From a bacterium (GTDB lineage: Bacteria > Bacillota_I > Bacilli_A > RFN20 > CAG-826), in NCBI GenBank assembly GCA_963619935.1, contig CAVEYA010000067.1, forward strand, positions 38 to 64,037: DNA of 64,000 nt, in the 5' to 3' direction. This document shows, piece after piece, positions 61,204 to 64,000 of this stretch. The translations under genes and the position numbers were made by a program. The notes beneath the pieces are model-generated. The model was not told the origin of the DNA, did no database searches, and saw only the letters and a list, made by a program, of their open reading frames with translations. The stretch's first letter is position 1. Each line of letters starts with the position of its first letter.

Positions 61204-61980
61204 TTAGTAAAAGCGATGAGTTATTCTTAAAAATAATATAATAAATAGGGTATTTAAAGGAACATTAATAAATAAAACAATAATTTGTGTTAGTAAAATA
61301 ACTGGATAAGTATTAAAACCAAAAGCGAATCCTTTCATTAAACTACCAAATATCACCATTACTAATATTTCTATAAGAAAGCACGCACCAGAAATGGTTA
61401 AAGGTGATAAAGCAATTTTATCTTGGCCATACTTTTTATTAATTAAAATAGTGATTACAAATAGAAGACTCATCAATATAAACAAAATAATTGGGATAAC
61501 AATCTTTTGCCATAGTTCAATATGGTATGTTGATGAATATAAAGTTAAATCATTATTAAAGATTATTATTAAAGAAACTAAGAAAAATAAAATAAATAAA
61601 AATATTCCTTCACTAATTAATAAAACTTTTTGATTTTTAATTAATTTTACTAACGCAAAAATAAAGTAAGAAATAAGTCCTAAAATAAAGTAAATAGCCG
61701 TAATTTGCGGGAAAAATCCAAATGATGAACGGTCAAAAAAGAAATAACCAATCACATCGCTCGCCGCTCCAATAAGTGCTCCATAGATAGGGCCTAAAAA
61801 GATAGAAGAAAAAATAATTACAGCAGGTCCACCTAATGATATTCTTAAAAAAGGTATGATAGCAAGATTATTAATCGCCACTACTTTTTGTAACAGTGTC
61901 GTAATTGCGATAAATAAACCAGCTAAGCAAATCTTTTGTAAATGAGTTATTTTCTTTGGCAATAAACTAAGCGTCATCAC
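61204..61980 (-). CDS. polytopic membrane protein, putative ECF-transporter S component (folate, FolT-like) by context
   Basis: 258 aa, about 6-7 TM; overlaps folC by 4 nt. Confidence 0.4.
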   Translation of the reverse strand: MMTLSLLPKKITHLQKICLAGLFIAITTLLQKVVAINNLAIIPFLRISLGGPAVIIFSSIFLGPIYGALIGAASDVIGYFFFDRSSFGFFPQITAIYFILGLISYFIFALVKLIKNQKVLLISEGIFLFILFFLVSLIIIFNNDLTLYSSTYHIELWQKIVIPIILFILMSLLFVITILINKKYGQDKIALSPLTISGACFLIEILVMVIFGSLMKGFAFGFNTYPVILLTQIIVLFINVPLNTLFIILFLRITHRFY

Positions 61981-63185
61981 TTAACCTTGAAGCACTTTCT
62001 GATGTAGCCCACAAAGGCTAATGAACCTGTAACTAATATGATATCATCAGGAAATTCCTTTGCTTTATCTAATATTAATTGATAGGCATCGCCTTGATAA
62101 TGATAGTCATCTAAAAATAAGAAATATTCTTCTTCTTTTCTCGCTCTTGGATGATCAAAAGTAGTCAAAGTAATGTCATTACTAATTGCCCCTAATGAGG
62201 AAAGCATCCCAATTAAGTTTTTGTCTCTAAAACAAGCAAAGACAATATGAATATTTTTTCCATTCGCAAATCTAACAATATCTTTCGTTAGTCTTGATAC
62301 AGCTTCTGGATTATGACCACCATCAAGAATAATGTTAGAAGAAATTCTTTCCATCCTTCCAGGCATATGCACTTTGCTAATCCCTTCTTTTACTTTATTA
62401 ACATCAAATGGGAATTGATTTTGTAATATCTTTAAAGCTTCTAAAGCAAAGCAAGCATCAGTCACACTATAAGAAGCAATAGAATCAAGTTTAACTTCAC
62501 CAAATAAAGAATAAATAAATGTGTAACCTTGTTCGGTCAGATTTTGTTCGACAAAGCGATTAATATAATAAACTTGTGCTTTGTCTTCTTTCGCAGTCTT
62601 CAAAACCACATTTAAGGCATCTTCATCAAATTCTTGAATTAAGACTGGTACATTTTCTTTAATAATGCCAGATTTATGTTCCGCTACTTCACTAAGTGAA
62701 TAGCCTAAATAATCCGTATGTTCAATACTAATTGTGGTGATAATTGATAGGATTGGTGTAAACACATTTGTAGCGTCCATTAATCCACCCATGCCACATT
62801 CAATAATAGCAATATCACACTTTTGTTCCATGAAATAGGTAAAAGCAATAAAAGCTTGTACCTCAAAAGCGGATAAATCAAATCTCTTAATCTCTTTTTG
62901 ATAGCGGTTAATAATGGTGTTTATATCTTCATCACTAATGGTTTGATGATTAATACGAATCATTTGATTTACATCACTTAAAGATGGCGAAGAAAAGATA
63001 CCAACTTTATAGCCATTTTCCACATAAGAAGCATAAATATATTCTGCAGTACTGCCTTTACCATTCGTGCCAGTTATATGGATGGAAGGAACAGTGTATT
63101 GAAAATTAATATGCTTTAAAAAAGCATCAAAATTAACTCTTTGATAATCCCCTTGACGATAATTATTAAAAATAGAATTATCCAT
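61977..63185 (-). CDS. folC: folylpolyglutamate synthase / dihydrofolate synthase
   Basis: ITGTNGKGST P-loop, Mur-ligase-like. Confidence 0.85.
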   Translation of the reverse strand: MDNSIFNNYRQGDYQRVNFDAFLKHINFQYTVPSIHITGTNGKGSTAEYIYASYVENGYKVGIFSSPSLSDVNQMIRINHQTISDEDINTIINRYQKEIKRFDLSAFEVQAFIAFTYFMEQKCDIAIIECGMGGLMDATNVFTPILSIITTISIEHTDYLGYSLSEVAEHKSGIIKENVPVLIQEFDEDALNVVLKTAKEDKAQVYYINRFVEQNLTEQGYTFIYSLFGEVKLDSIASYSVTDACFALEALKILQNQFPFDVNKVKEGISKVHMPGRMERISSNIILDGGHNPEAVSRLTKDIVRFANGKNIHIVFACFRDKNLIGMLSSLGAISNDITLTTFDHPRARKEEEYFLFLDDYHYQGDAYQLILDKAKEFPDDIILVTGSLAFVGYIRKCFKVK

Positions 63186-63643
63186 TAATATTCACCACTT
63201 TTGATTTTACGATCAATATCACGTTTTTTAATTGTTTCGCGTTTATCGTAATTCTTTTTACCTTTACCTAACGCTATTTCAACCTTGCAACGACCTTTTT
63301 TAAAATATACTTTGGTAGGAATAATCGCATATCCACCTTTTTTAGCTTGTTCCATGAAATAACGAATTTCTTTTTTATGCAATAAAAGCTTACGAGTTCT
63401 TAAAGGATCATGATTAAAAATGTTTCCTTGTTCATATGGATTAATATGCATGTTAATTATTTCTGCTTCTTCATCACGAATAACGACATAAGCATCTCCA
63501 ATCGTACAAGCATGGACTCTTAAGGATTTAATCTCAGTTCCTTTAAGTTCAATTCCACATTCCGTAAAATCACTTAAAAAATAATTAAAAGATGCCTTAC
63601 GGTTAGTAGAAATAATTTTAATTCCAGTATTTTTGTTATCCAT
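63185..63643 (-). CDS. smpB: SsrA-binding protein
   Basis: IISTNRKASFNYFLSDFTECGIELKGTEIKS conserved SmpB N-terminus. Confidence 0.9.
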   Translation of the reverse strand: MDNKNTGIKIISTNRKASFNYFLSDFTECGIELKGTEIKSLRVHACTIGDAYVVIRDEEAEIINMHINPYEQGNIFNHDPLRTRKLLLHKKEIRYFMEQAKKGGYAIIPTKVYFKKGRCKVEIALGKGKKNYDKRETIKKRDIDRKIKSGEY

Positions 63644-63933
63644 TAAACATCATCCTCCATCGCATAGCGTCTTAAATTATATAAACCAAAATTATTCATT
63701 GCTACAATACATTCTTCATTCTTTTTATTTTTAATAAATGTATTTGCAATGTAAAACACAATCAAATTCATAATAATCACAATAAAATACATTAATAAAT
63801 TCATTGCTTCTAAAGCTTGCAATGTTCCAATAATAGCCACTCCGATAATGCAAGTAGTCATAAAAGAGAACTTAGGCACATTTATAAGTCCATCAAATAA
63901 TAGTTTTCCATATTCTTTTAAACTGCCTTTCAT
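63643..63933 (-). CDS. small hypothetical membrane protein
   Basis: 96 aa, two hydrophobic helices. Confidence 0.4.
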   Translation of the reverse strand: MKGSLKEYGKLLFDGLINVPKFSFMTTCIIGVAIIGTLQALEAMNLLMYFIVIIMNLIVFYIANTFIKNKKNEECIVAMNNFGLYNLRRYAMEDDV

Positions 63934-64000
63934 AATTAAGGAATATAAAAGTGTCTGGAAGAGTAATAAACATGTTATTAAGATAGGAACTAAATAAACT

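Noticed and set aside
1-64000. Possibility of UGA=Trp (Mycoplasma code)
   Set aside because: Long conserved genes (rpoB, rpoC, uvrA, nifJ, fusA) are uninterrupted under the standard code and use TGG for conserved Trp; several genes end in TAA/TAG. The standard code fits.

Overview
AT-rich (~30% GC) chromosomal segment of a low-GC Gram-positive / Mollicutes-like bacterium. It uses the standard genetic code: UGA is a stop, and Trp is TGG throughout the long rpoB/rpoC/uvrA ORFs. Lipoproteins are abundant. No peptidoglycan genes are visible, and PFOR is present, so this could be an Acholeplasma/Anaeroplasma/Erysipelotrichia-like lineage (inference only). Almost everything is on the minus strand, co-oriented with the 16S rRNA start at the left edge, tuf/fusA, rpoBC and the r-protein genes. 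From right to left on the minus strand the window holds smpB-folC-folT, a cell-surface/regulator cluster, rpmG-secE-nusG, divergent ktrBA, rplKAJL-rpoBC, and two M6-like metalloprotease lipoproteins. Then come rpsL-rpsG-fusA-tuf and an RDD protein, followed by a large island that couples a CUT1-type ABC importer with a battery of surface lipoprotein nucleases, a 5'-nucleotidase and OB-fold lipoproteins. Left of that are nifJ (PFOR), a PNK-like kinase pair, uvrA, lgt-HAD-trxB-rapZ-whiA-XRE, gap-pgk-tpiA, a BI-1 family protein and the rrn promoter with the 16S 5' end. No CRISPR array, transposase or phage genes were seen. The best candidate for an under-described system is the island at about 17.3-33.6 kb.
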